Positions 17,359-26,468 of a stretch of 55,634 bases of DNA are shown piece by piece (position 1 is the first letter of the stretch; every line of letters starts with the position of its first letter). The notes below the pieces were generated by a model. That model was not told where the DNA came from, ran no database searches, and saw nothing but the letters and a program-made list of their open reading frames with translations. A program made the translations under genes and the position numbers. The stretch is from a virus. Location: the IMG/VR virus record IMGVR_UViG_3300038317_000068. One strand, given 5' to 3'.

Positions 17359-18225
17359 TCATTCATTAATTGTGATATCTACTGGAGTGCTAATATTACC
17401 AGCCGCATCCACTGCATAAACTTTGAATGCTCCAGTTGTTGCCAGTCCACTTGTTGCAAGGTCTACATTTGTATTCACTGAAGCAACTGATGCATAAGCA
17501 CCTAATCCAACATTTACAAGAGCACTTAAATCGCTCAAACTGTCGACGGTTGCTGTGTCTATTACTAAATACAAGCCACCGAGTTCGTCTGATTTTGCTG
17601 ACACAACTGCTGGCTTTGTAACTGGGCTTACTGAAACAAGTGTTACAGTTGGCGGAGTTGTGTCGTCAGAAGGCAATGCATCAACATAATCGATTGATTT
17701 AATTGGTTTCCCTGCCTTTGTTGCTTCACGAGCATCAATTTCGAATTCTGGGCTGAAGAAGTCTTTCTTAAAGGTAAGTTTTGGGGCTTTACCTGTGCAA
17801 TTATTAAGAGTTATCTTTGTATAGTTCTTTATACTGTCGCCCTCATAATTTGCAACATAGATATCAGCCGCAAAGGGTTTCATTGTTGCACCATCAGCAA
17901 GTTTCGGGCTATCATAACCGATAATGTTATTACTGCCGTCCCTTCTAATTGTGCCACCTTCAACCAGTGAAGCCACATTTACATCAAAGGTATTATCTGT
18001 CAGTTTTAAAGTGTAACCATATAAAAGGTCTGGGGTTCTTGCAATAGCAAGTATCTGGGTATCGTCTCTTAATACTTTTTCATCACCGTTGCTAATAACT
18101 GAATCAAGTTCAGCACTTTCGGCGGTTGTTACTCTGCAAGATACTCCGCCAGCCTTAACGGTCTGGGTTGTTGGGTCAAGTTCGTTCATTACAACCAGCT
18201 TAACACCATATAAAATATCTGCCAT
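17359..18225 (-). CDS. Major tail protein with a C-terminal Ig-like domain (288 aa)
   Basis: Position; C-terminus PPTVTLVSVSPVTKPAVVSAKSDELGGLYLV...FKVYAVDAAGNISTPVDITI is Ig-like. Confidence 0.8.
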   Translation of the reverse strand: MADILYGVKLVVMNELDPTTQTVKAGGVSCRVTTAESAELDSVISNGDEKVLRDDTQILAIARTPDLLYGYTLKLTDNTFDVNVASLVEGGTIRRDGSNNIIGYDSPKLADGATMKPFAADIYVANYEGDSIKNYTKITLNNCTGKAPKLTFKKDFFSPEFEIDAREATKAGKPIKSIDYVDALPSDDTTPPTVTLVSVSPVTKPAVVSAKSDELGGLYLVIDTATVDSLSDLSALVNVGLGAYASVASVNTNVDLATSGLATTGAFKVYAVDAAGNISTPVDITINE

Positions 18226-18241
18226 AAGAATTCACTCCTTT

Positions 18242-18580
18242 TTAAATAATTTCTTGTGGGGCTCTAAACTCCACACTTCGCATATAAGCCTTTACATCAG
18301 TGTCTAAATAATCGGGGGTTTCATTCCCTGTCGGCTCAAGTTTGCCGCTTAAGGCACTTTTTACTTCATTTATAATGCCGTCCATGGGGCTTATACTTGC
18401 CATGGGCACATATACCATAACATCTATATAAAGCCAACCAGCTTTTCCGTTCCCAGTGCTTAAGGTTTTATTCTTGTACTTAATAACGAAATAAGGCTTT
18501 TTACATTCGCCCTGTGGCTGTGCCAGCCAGTAAGTCGGATGCATGGCATTTAAGATATCATAAACCTCTTTTCTGGTCAT
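18242..18580 (-). CDS. Tail completion / tail terminator-like protein (112 aa)
   Basis: Synteny in the head-tail joining block. Confidence 0.55.
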   Translation of the reverse strand: MTRKEVYDILNAMHPTYWLAQPQGECKKPYFVIKYKNKTLSTGNGKAGWLYIDVMVYVPMASISPMDGIINEVKSALSGKLEPTGNETPDYLDTDVKAYMRSVEFRAPQEII

Positions 18581-18581
18581 T

Positions 18582-18947
18582 TTAATCACCAACTATTTTC
18601 TTATACTGTGCCAGTAACTCGTCTTTATGGCTTTCAATAGCATCCTCCAGCACTGCAAATCTTTTCGCATGTGCAAGTTCCAGCCATACACCATAATCAA
18701 CACAGTGCATCACTGCACAGGTTAAATTCGTATCATTTTCCCAGTAACCTTCACCATGCAATTTCTGTTCAGCATTACCAGTTCTGTTCTGCCATGGATG
18801 ATTTTCTTTTGCCCATGTTTCCATCTTTTTAGCGGCGGCATCACATACAACCCTTAAGGCTTCTTTCATTGTTTTTTCAACACCCTTAAGCTCCAGTAAT
18901 GTCGCATCAATGCTTCCTCTTTCAACACTTATACCACTAATGTCCAT
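18582..18947 (-). CDS. Head-tail joining protein (HK97 gp10-like, 121 aa)
   Basis: Synteny and size. Confidence 0.5.
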   Translation of the reverse strand: MDISGISVERGSIDATLLELKGVEKTMKEALRVVCDAAAKKMETWAKENHPWQNRTGNAEQKLHGEGYWENDTNLTCAVMHCVDYGVWLELAHAKRFAVLEDAIESHKDELLAQYKKIVGD

Positions 18948-19323
18948 TATTATTCACCTCCAAATCGCATTCCCAATAAATATCAAGGTTAAGAATATTT
19001 ACAGCATTTTTCACAGTGTAGGTAATGCCTTTTACTGTAAAGAAATCATCTACCTGTATATCGAAGGCACTGTCATAAACTGCATACAATTTATAACTTC
19101 TTTGAGCAATTATGGTTCCAGCTTCAACCAGTATCGGTATTAATGCACTATGCTTACTATTATCAAGTAAACCGTTAAAAGTTGCCACAGTATCGGGAGT
19201 GTCAGATACTGTATAGCCACCCATTCCATCGCTGGTCTTTGTAAATCTTTGCAGTGCAACACTGGAAGGCATTTTGTTGATTGCTTGTTGTACCTTTACT
19301 CTTACAGCATTTGCATTAAGCAT
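18937..19323 (-). CDS. Head closure / head-tail adaptor protein (128 aa)
   Basis: Synteny; TAG stop overlaps the next start. Confidence 0.5.
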   Translation of the reverse strand: MLNANAVRVKVQQAINKMPSSVALQRFTKTSDGMGGYTVSDTPDTVATFNGLLDNSKHSALIPILVEAGTIIAQRSYKLYAVYDSAFDIQVDDFFTVKGITYTVKNAVNILNLDIYWECDLEVNNNGH

Positions 19324-19588
19324 TTACATCACCTTCGTCAACCCTTTGAACTATGCCTGTGCAATTACCTCGATACAACCTTGCCTGTCTTAACCAGTAT
19401 TTTTCATTACTTACTGTCTTGATAGGTCCGAGGTCAATGCTGTCATCCTGTGCCTTTATTAAACAACCTTGATAAGAGGCGGTCTGAACATCACCATATT
19501 GGTCAAGTAATATTTGTAGGTCTGCATCACTAAAATATGGGAATTGAGTTTCTTGTAAGTTAAATTTTAAAATATCTATATCAGCCAT
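19316..19588 (-). CDS. Head-tail connector (gp6-like, 90 aa)
   Basis: Synteny directly after the capsid block. Confidence 0.5.
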   Translation of the reverse strand: MADIDILKFNLQETQFPYFSDADLQILLDQYGDVQTASYQGCLIKAQDDSIDLGPIKTVSNEKYWLRQARLYRGNCTGIVQRVDEGDVNA

Positions 19589-19600
19589 TTAAGCCACCCC

Positions 19601-19801
19601 CTACTCGGGCAACTTTACAAGCTGTCTGTCCATAAAGCCATCAGCAATATCATCAGTTACCTTAAATTTATCACCTTTCAAATAAACCTTACCATTATAA
19701 ATCAATGTCTTTTCAACAATAACCTCAACGATTACAGGTTTATTTTCTGCTGGCTTTGTGGTTTTATTTTCCTCTGGCTGTGTTGCCGCATTCTTTGCCA
19801 T
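19601..19801 (-). CDS. Hypothetical small protein (66 aa)
   Basis: Start MAKNAAT lies 7-8 nt after AGGAGGTG. Confidence 0.55.
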   Translation of the reverse strand: MAKNAATQPEENKTTKPAENKPVIVEVIVEKTLIYNGKVYLKGDKFKVTDDIADGFMDRQLVKLPE

Positions 19802-19863
19802 GCACATTCACCTCCTAATAAAATACAAGGGGGCTATATAATAACCCCCTTACATAGCCAACA

Positions 19864-20958
19864 TTAAGCAACTGTCATAATACCAACACTGTCGATATTC
19901 TCGAAGGAAGGTAAGAAGATACCACTTACAATAGTAAACACATTTACAGGATGTGGCTCTTTAATTGTTGCAACTGCAATACCAGTATTTACAACCGATA
20001 CATCTGCTTCAGTTACACCATTCATCAAATCGGCTTCTTCTGGAGTTGTACCGAAGTAAGTGCTTCCGAGATTACCACTTGGAATAAGTGTAAATACATT
20101 GTCTGGGAAATACTGATATGAACCGCTTGCTTTACCATCGTCGCCGAGTAAAGCATATTTCTTTGTATATACTGCAATGGTAAGTCCTAACTTATCAGCA
20201 AGATAAGTCTTAACCATTTGTTCGGATACATTTGCAAGTGTTGCCACTGTGCCAGTTGTTAAGAACATGTCGCTTCTGATTTTGTTGGATTTAAGCAAGT
20301 AATTAAATGTCGTTCTTGTACATATTGCAGAAGTTGGTCTATTACCTGTATCTTCCTCAACTTTATCAAGTGCCGCCCTAATATCTTCAACTGGGTCTGG
20401 TTGTGCCGCATTACCAGCAACATCGTTCGCACCGCCACAAGTATCCCATTTGTTAGTAACTGTGAATTTGTGGTCTGCATCAAACTTGTAATCGTAGTCA
20501 TAAGCGATTCTGTTTGCACTAATTGAAATTAAACCAGTTGAAAGCAACTGCATTCTCATTCTTTCAGCCTGTACCCTTGCACCTTCAACAAGTTTAGTAA
20601 TATCATCAAAGATATAATTAAGCAATGGGGTAAGGTAAGCACTGTTATTCAACTGGATAAGCCTGTTGATTTCCTGTCTGTCTTTTTCACCTACTCGCAT
20701 TCCTTCTCTGAAGAATGGCATTTCAGTCTGAACGGATTTAAATCCAATTCTTTCTCTTAAAGTTGCCTTTGCGTCATAGTTTGCAGGGCTGATTGCTACT
20801 GGTAAACCCTGTGAACCTTTTATCCATTTTAAATCAATGCCCAGTTGCTTTTTAGCAGGAAATAATGTCTCGCCGAGGTAAGGCATTTTATTTTCTGGGG
20901 CATTTGTTACATAAGCCGCTATTTCTTTCGCATTTACATAATCGAAAATTGTAGGCAT
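19864..20958 (-). CDS. Major capsid protein, lambda gpE-like family (364 aa)
   Basis: N-terminus MPTIFDYVNAKEIAAYV...LGETLFPAKKQLGIDLKWIKG is typical of E-type capsid proteins; RBS GAGGAGG. Confidence 0.85.
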   Translation of the reverse strand: MPTIFDYVNAKEIAAYVTNAPENKMPYLGETLFPAKKQLGIDLKWIKGSQGLPVAISPANYDAKATLRERIGFKSVQTEMPFFREGMRVGEKDRQEINRLIQLNNSAYLTPLLNYIFDDITKLVEGARVQAERMRMQLLSTGLISISANRIAYDYDYKFDADHKFTVTNKWDTCGGANDVAGNAAQPDPVEDIRAALDKVEEDTGNRPTSAICTRTTFNYLLKSNKIRSDMFLTTGTVATLANVSEQMVKTYLADKLGLTIAVYTKKYALLGDDGKASGSYQYFPDNVFTLIPSGNLGSTYFGTTPEEADLMNGVTEADVSVVNTGIAVATIKEPHPVNVFTIVSGIFLPSFENIDSVGIMTVA

Positions 20959-20988
20959 AATTGTCAACCTCCTCTATTAATCAATTTA

Positions 20989-21399
20989 TTATTTTATAAA
21001 TACAATTCTGCCTTTGAGTGCTGTAACTGCATCAGCACATGGAGCACTTGGTAACTTGTTAAGGTCAATAAACCCATGAATTATCATTGTACCCTGTGCG
21101 TCTCCGCTTGTTACATCTACATCGTGCATCAATACACCTTCGGCGTCTACACCAGCACCAGCCGCACCAGTTGCCGCACCATTTGTATTGTGTTCGGTTG
21201 CAAGTGTTGCAGGATTTGCGAGTATAGCATTTGCTCCGCCTGTGCCGCCTATAATGGTTCCTGCTGGTACAATCTTTTTCCCGTCTGTGTCGGCAACAAT
21301 ACCAGTATCATCAACCGTTACTGAAATGCCTACATAATGGTCGGGAAACTTAACAATAGATTTCTGATTGTTTAAATAATCAGTTTCAACAAACTTCAT
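20989..21399 (-). CDS. Putative head decoration protein (136 aa)
   Basis: Lies between the scaffold and an E-type capsid gene; Gly/Ala-rich centre. Confidence 0.4.
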   Translation of the reverse strand: MKFVETDYLNNQKSIVKFPDHYVGISVTVDDTGIVADTDGKKIVPAGTIIGGTGGANAILANPATLATEHNTNGAATGAAGAGVDAEGVLMHDVDVTSGDAQGTMIIHGFIDLNKLPSAPCADAVTALKGRIVFIK

Positions 21400-21418
21400 A
21401 TCAATTACCTCCTAAAAT

Positions 21419-22060
21419 TTATTTGAAAAAGTTTGCTCTTGCATCTTCAAGCCCCTTGCTTTCTTCTGCCCTTGCCTTTGCAAGTTGCTCACCGATACTT
21501 ACAGTTGGGGTTCCACCTTTTGGCGGTTGCCCTGCATGTCCTGTTCCACCCTTGTTCACTTCACCAAACAGATAAGGCTTTGCTGTTTGCAGTCCCTTAA
21601 TTGCATCATCCAATCCTTCAACTGAACCATCATCATTAAGTTTTAACTTGCTTTTATCTATAAAAGCAAGCACATCAGCACCAGTTTTATCGATTGAGTT
21701 TGCACCCATAGCCTTCATTTTAATGGCTGTATCAAGGGCTTGCTGTTTTAGTTTCGTGTCAAGGTCTTTGTTTGAGTTTTGTAAAGTTTCAATTTGCTTT
21801 ACAAGTGTCTCATTGTCTTTGTTGGCTGTCTTGATTTTTTCAAGTTCGCCATTTGCTGTGTCGAGTTGGTCTTTCAATGATTTCTTTTTACCAATTTCAT
21901 CGTCCAATCTTGCCTTTGGCACATAGATGTCATCCTTGCCATCGTCAATTAATACTTTTGCCTTGAGCTCTGAGGCTTTGTCATTAATAAACTTGGCAAT
22001 GCCTTCAATGGTTGTAACCTTTGTTAAGTCAACTCCTTGAAGCAATTCATCAATTTTCAT
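21419..22060 (-). CDS. Capsid scaffolding protein (GP20-like, 213 aa)
   Basis: Helical, charged, coiled-coil; N-terminus MKIDELLQGVDLTK; position before the capsid gene. Confidence 0.75.
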   Translation of the reverse strand: MKIDELLQGVDLTKVTTIEGIAKFINDKASELKAKVLIDDGKDDIYVPKARLDDEIGKKKSLKDQLDTANGELEKIKTANKDNETLVKQIETLQNSNKDLDTKLKQQALDTAIKMKAMGANSIDKTGADVLAFIDKSKLKLNDDGSVEGLDDAIKGLQTAKPYLFGEVNKGGTGHAGQPPKGGTPTVSIGEQLAKARAEESKGLEDARANFFK

Positions 22061-22183
22061 ATCTTGTCCCTCCTAATTTTAACGGTATTAGTACCGAACT
22101 TTTAATTTACAACCATGTATTATTTAATCAGTTGTATGCCCCATGGAGGCAAGGCATATTAATATATAATATCTTACAATATT

Positions 22184-22224
22184 ATTATACATGATTATAT
22201 ATCACATTAAGTGTAAAGATAGTG
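22184..22224 (-). promoter_or_regulatory. Class III (late) promoter with a conserved upstream box
   Basis: Minus strand: CACTATCTTTACACTTAA-N17-TATAAT. The 21-mer CACTATCTTTACACTTAATGT is identical to the one at 28845-28865. Confidence 0.65.
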
Positions 22225-22232
22225 TAATTCAG

Positions 22233-22264
22233 AGAAAAAAATAAGCCCAGCAATGGGCTTATTC
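22233..22264 (-). terminator. Rho-independent terminator
   Basis: Minus strand: AATAAGCCCA-TTGC-TGGGCTTATT followed by a T7 run. Confidence 0.8.
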
Positions 22265-22438
22265 AGTTGGTTCTCTTTTCGGGCAATCCGCTTTATTTTC
22301 CCTGTACTTTGTGGGCTTAACAATAAACTGCTTGCAAGTTTTCAAATCCTTATTAAACTTGCAACCGCAACACTGGGGCACAAAGGTAATTTCTATTTCT
22401 TCGGGTTGCTGTGTGAACCGTTTTTCTTCATCGTTCAT
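22259..22438 (-). CDS. Small Cys-rich protein (59 aa) in a self-contained promoter-gene-terminator cassette
   Basis: Start MNDEEKRF follows GAGGTG; motif CCGCKFNKDLKTC...DC; flanked by a class I promoter and a terminator. Confidence 0.6.
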   Translation of the reverse strand: MNDEEKRFTQQPEEIEITFVPQCCGCKFNKDLKTCKQFIVKPTKYRENKADCPKREPTE

Positions 22439-22466
22439 ATAGAACACCTCACTTTATTACAATATT

Positions 22467-22495
22467 ATTATATAATATTTATACTGTAAATGCAA
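22467..22495 (-). promoter_or_regulatory. Class I promoter
   Basis: Minus strand: TTGCAT-N17-TATAAT. Confidence 0.75.
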
Positions 22496-22498
22496 CTC

Positions 22499-24160
22499 TT
22501 ATTTTAAAATTTTCGCTTGCATAACTAAAATATTTTTTATTCTACCATACTCCTTCACTTGTTTTGTGGTAAACCCCAGTATTTCAATATTTGTATCCTT
22601 GTCAAATACCACTTCTGATTCTGCCCAGTTATCTGTCATTAATGCCTTTGTACCTTTATTGGCATAAAATTCAATCTGAACTGGTCTACCTTTAAATACA
22701 TTTGCACCAGCATTAAATGAGGTACTTATAAAAGATTGATTGTTATACTTAACACCAGCCAAACTCTTTGTCATTTCATCAGCAAGTGCCTTCGCTTCTT
22801 CTTCAGTTGTACCATATTCAATATTTACAAGCCCTTCCTGTATTTCATTGCTCATTTTAATGCCGCCCTGCTTAAATATATAGTTCATAGTATTAGTATC
22901 AACATTTCTTACAAGTTGCATACTATCAGTGAGTTTATCCTTGTTTATTACTGCACTAAAATTATCAATCTGTTCAAGATATCTTGATTTTGTTGCCAGC
23001 CCTGCCGCTATTTCATTATCATAGTTACCAGTATATAGATATTCATTAAGGTTGAAACTATTTCCAGTTCTTACATAATGCCTTATGGCGTCCCTATCGT
23101 CACCGCTTAACTTACTATAAAACTGATTTACTTTATCTTCGATTTCTGCCTGTGTTATAATTTTATAGTCATTTGCGTCAAAGGCTTTCGCTATTACATC
23201 AAATAAAGTTGGATGGTCTTTTCGCCACTGATTAAGTGTCTGCCCTTTGCCATTGTTTAACCAATCAACAAGGTCATCACCAATTTCATCAAGGCTTTTC
23301 GGTATGAATGCCTCTTGCCAGCACATACCATTCGGATGGTCAAAGGGTACTTTATCAAAGGGATAAACTCCTGCCCCCATTTCATAACCGTTTTGACTTG
23401 CCCATGTGTCGCATATATCAGTTCTGCCATGCATCCTCGCCGAATGGCTTGAACTTAAATGCCACTTTATACCCTCAACATAAGGATTATTTTTACAACT
23501 TTCAATCATGGATAATTCTGCACTGTGAGTAATTGTTGTCCTTGCCAACCTTAAGGCATTATATTCAAGGTTGTTGTTCCATGTTGCATATCCATCACCC
23601 AGTATATCTCTTATTTTATCATTGTCCCATAACTTTCGGGCTTCTGGGTTGACATAGTCCTGTAATAACTTACTTAATTCGGTTGCTGATAATTGCTGGG
23701 CTTGCCCAGCGGCAATAATCTTTTGTAAGTTTATGCCGCTGGATTTTGCATAGCCCCATATTCTATCTGATAAACCGATTCCATCTTTATACAGGTTTCT
23801 GCTGTAAAATTGTCTCATTACGTCATAAGGTATTTTCCCGAATGCCTTTCCGAAGTTTGCGTCAGTAATACCAGCATTTTTAAATATATCTTCTGTCATT
23901 AATTGCATCATGCTTGCTGGTATAGTTGCCGCCTTAATGCCATACTGGTCGGTAATTCTTAATATATCGTCATGCAACCCTCTGATATAACTTGCATAAT
24001 ATGCTCGGGTTGCACTGCCTTCCTTGCTTCGTCTAAACTTATCCACAAGTTCATCCCCAGCCTGTTTATAAGCCCTCAATATATCAAGGTCTACATTCAT
24101 TCCCAGTCTTATTTTCTGTCCCAGTGCTATATTATACAGACTTTGCAAGTATTCGTTCAT
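22499..24160 (-). CDS. Head morphogenesis protein (SPP1 gp7/MuF family) fused to a C-terminal ADP-ribosyltransferase domain (553 aa)
   Basis: MuF part: LARTTITHSAELSM...IKWHLSSSHSARMHGRTDICD...FDHPNGMCWQE. ART part: AIRHYVRTGNSFNLNEYLY, LVRNVD (Arg), FISTSFN (STS) and NWAESEVVF (ExE). Confidence 0.85.
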   Translation of the reverse strand: MNEYLQSLYNIALGQKIRLGMNVDLDILRAYKQAGDELVDKFRRSKEGSATRAYYASYIRGLHDDILRITDQYGIKAATIPASMMQLMTEDIFKNAGITDANFGKAFGKIPYDVMRQFYSRNLYKDGIGLSDRIWGYAKSSGINLQKIIAAGQAQQLSATELSKLLQDYVNPEARKLWDNDKIRDILGDGYATWNNNLEYNALRLARTTITHSAELSMIESCKNNPYVEGIKWHLSSSHSARMHGRTDICDTWASQNGYEMGAGVYPFDKVPFDHPNGMCWQEAFIPKSLDEIGDDLVDWLNNGKGQTLNQWRKDHPTLFDVIAKAFDANDYKIITQAEIEDKVNQFYSKLSGDDRDAIRHYVRTGNSFNLNEYLYTGNYDNEIAAGLATKSRYLEQIDNFSAVINKDKLTDSMQLVRNVDTNTMNYIFKQGGIKMSNEIQEGLVNIEYGTTEEEAKALADEMTKSLAGVKYNNQSFISTSFNAGANVFKGRPVQIEFYANKGTKALMTDNWAESEVVFDKDTNIEILGFTTKQVKEYGRIKNILVMQAKILK

Positions 24161-24165
24161 AATTA

Positions 24166-24465
24166 TCACCTACCATTGAAAGCGTCCAGCTTTGCCTTAT
24201 ATTCTCTTTGTAACAATGCCACATGAAGAACGTCATCTGGGGTTGCCCCCTCTGGCTTGCCTTTTAACCTATCTATAAATTTCTGAAGTTTTGCCTGTGC
24301 AAACCTTATATCTGGGTTCGTTCTCATTACTATAAATTCAGTCTTACATTTTGGGCATTCATAATAAGTTATTTCAATGCCCTTGCCTATCTTACGAGTC
24401 TTCAAATTTACTTTATCAGTATTAAAATGCTTACCGCAGTAAGTGCATTTTACTTTTAAACTCAT
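24166..24465 (-). CDS. Zinc-ribbon protein (99 aa)
   Basis: CTYCGKHF...CPKCKTEF (CxxC...CxxC). Confidence 0.6.
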   Translation of the reverse strand: MSLKVKCTYCGKHFNTDKVNLKTRKIGKGIEITYYECPKCKTEFIVMRTNPDIRFAQAKLQKFIDRLKGKPEGATPDDVLHVALLQREYKAKLDAFNGR

Positions 24466-26075
24466 TACTTATTTCCCCCTTCATCATTGCCTTCTTCTGC
24501 TGGGTTGCTACCCCCTTTTCCTGCTGTACCACCGCCAACATTGCCTTCATTACCCTTGCCGCCATTAAGATTCTGCTGGTCTAAATTATTTCCAGTCTGA
24601 AATTGGTCTTGGGTTGCATTATTAATATCAGTCTGTTCAGTAAGGATTTCATTCCATTCGCCATCTTCATCCTCAATATCACTGTAATCCCTAATATATG
24701 ATTTATGGCTTCGAACATTACCTTGCACTTCTTTAATTGCAAGTTCTTTCTTTGCTTCCTCATCTTCTGGGATAGGATAATTATGATTAATTACCATGTT
24801 TGTCGCTGTGTTGATATATTGTTTTGCCTTTAAATCTGGATATAGGTTAAACTGATTAATGCACTTTGCAACAAATCGAATCATCCATTTAATAGCAGGT
24901 TCCCAGTCAAGCCATTTTTCTTTACACCTTGCAATTAAGTCATAAAACATAAATCTCAATGCCTTTGCACTTGGCACATTTCTTAAATCTTCTGGTCTCG
25001 GCTGGTCCATGATTTCATACATATCACTCTTAAGTCTGTCAAGATAACTATCGGCTGGGTCTTTAAATGAAAAACTACTGCTTAACATTTTGGCATCTGC
25101 TGATTTACCGTCTTCAATGGCTGGGTCTGTTTGCAAATCAATAATTGCATTCGGGGCAATCTTGATATTCTTTAAACTGTTGCTGTCTGCATTTGTAAAC
25201 ACTGGCTGTTCAAACATTCTAAACCTTAAGGCATCTCTATAATCTGAAGATACATGGTTGTAAGCATTTTGCATATCCATTAATTCCTTCACATCACTAT
25301 CGCCATCAATGTCCCCAGTTAAGCCACCGTTTATAATTACCCTGCAAGGAAGTTCATCTAATAAAGTATCTTTATTTTCAATCTCCCCGATTGGTTCTGC
25401 AAACCCATTATAAACACCACTTTCAATAAAACAATGCCCATTTTCACCCATATAATATTTCCATCTATGCCATAACTGTTCGCCCAGTGGTTTATTAGCA
25501 GTTTCAGCATCCATATAAGCGATAATTACTTGATTTACTTTTGTATAATCGTTCGGGTCAACTTCATAAGTGAATTCTGTCATTGTGTAATACTTAAACA
25601 CAATTTCTTCATCTGGGTTCGCTTGCACTGTTAAAAGTACTCTTTTGCCTATGGTACAATCAAGAAATGCCCTGCTGGTTTTACCCCAGAAATCTTCGTC
25701 ATCAAGTATTTTGTCAAGTATCATTCTTTTCTGTTCTGCATTGTCCTTGTCCTTTTTATCAAGTGGCTTGAACAATATATCTGGCTTTGCACCAAACATA
25801 AATCGTCTTTGTTTCTGTAATAGCTTTTTAGTGTGGTTTCTTATATCCTGTGATGGCACATAATCAAGGTCTGTCGGTATAATCCAACTTTGCCCCTGTG
25901 TTAGTTCATGCAATGCATCTTCTGGGGTTGTCGCCTTGCCACCATAGAAATAATAATACTTTAATACCTCATTTCTCTCTTTTAATAAATCTGGATTAGC
26001 ACTGTAAACACCGAGCAAGTTCATTGAAATACTGTTATTACTTGCACTCATGTTCGCATTAATTGGATTTTCCAT
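24465..26075 (-). CDS. Portal protein (536 aa)
   Basis: Size; position after the terminase; RBS AAGGAGGAA; Gly/Asn-rich C-terminal tail. Confidence 0.85.
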   Translation of the reverse strand: MENPINANMSASNNSISMNLLGVYSANPDLLKERNEVLKYYYFYGGKATTPEDALHELTQGQSWIIPTDLDYVPSQDIRNHTKKLLQKQRRFMFGAKPDILFKPLDKKDKDNAEQKRMILDKILDDEDFWGKTSRAFLDCTIGKRVLLTVQANPDEEIVFKYYTMTEFTYEVDPNDYTKVNQVIIAYMDAETANKPLGEQLWHRWKYYMGENGHCFIESGVYNGFAEPIGEIENKDTLLDELPCRVIINGGLTGDIDGDSDVKELMDMQNAYNHVSSDYRDALRFRMFEQPVFTNADSNSLKNIKIAPNAIIDLQTDPAIEDGKSADAKMLSSSFSFKDPADSYLDRLKSDMYEIMDQPRPEDLRNVPSAKALRFMFYDLIARCKEKWLDWEPAIKWMIRFVAKCINQFNLYPDLKAKQYINTATNMVINHNYPIPEDEEAKKELAIKEVQGNVRSHKSYIRDYSDIEDEDGEWNEILTEQTDINNATQDQFQTGNNLDQQNLNGGKGNEGNVGGGTAGKGGSNPAEEGNDEGGNK

Positions 26076-26092
26076 CAATAATTCCTCCTTTA

Positions 26093-26125
26093 TAAATATA
26101 TAGTTAAAGTTATGCCTTTTTAAAG
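26093..26125 (-). promoter_or_regulatory. Class II phage promoter (downstream element truncated by the RBS)
   Basis: Minus strand: CACTTTAA-N17-TATATATTTATAAAGGAGG. Confidence 0.6.
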
Positions 26126-26203
26126 TGCTTAAACCCTTATTTTCGGGTATTTCGTTTCATCTATCTTGCCATGTAAAGGGTTTTCTTGGAATGCCTCTTA
26201 TAG

Positions 26204-26467
26204 TTATACCTTCGCATTTTGCTTGCTTATAATAAATCCGATATTTTTTAATGGTATCGGAGCATTTACTGCAATAGCCGCCACATTTCTTAAATCTATA
26301 AATACACTGCCATCGGTATCCTTTAAATCATAAAAACGATATTTTCTTCCTTTTATTTTGTGCACCTTATAATAATAAAAATTGTTCACTACATTATCGA
26401 GTTCTTGTTCGCTTGCTGTACCTTCTATACATTGCCCCCCTTTTAACCATATTAGATAATCATACAT
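26204..26467 (-). CDS. Hypothetical protein (87 aa)
   Basis: Start MYDYLIWLKGG follows AAGGAGGAG; TAATATG junction with the terminase stop. Confidence 0.6.
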   Translation of the reverse strand: MYDYLIWLKGGQCIEGTASEQELDNVVNNFYYYKVHKIKGRKYRFYDLKDTDGSVFIDLRNVAAIAVNAPIPLKNIGFIISKQNAKV

Positions 26468-26468
26468 A

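Noticed and set aside
20259-20519. Nested minus-strand ORFs in alternative frames inside larger genes (20259..20519 in the capsid gene; also 4662..4877, 24581..24763, 26945..27133, 37903..38112 and 45364..45561)
   Set aside because: They lie entirely within confidently assigned genes, lack RBSs, and their products are compositionally odd (Gln/Thr/Lys-rich). They are most likely chance open frames.
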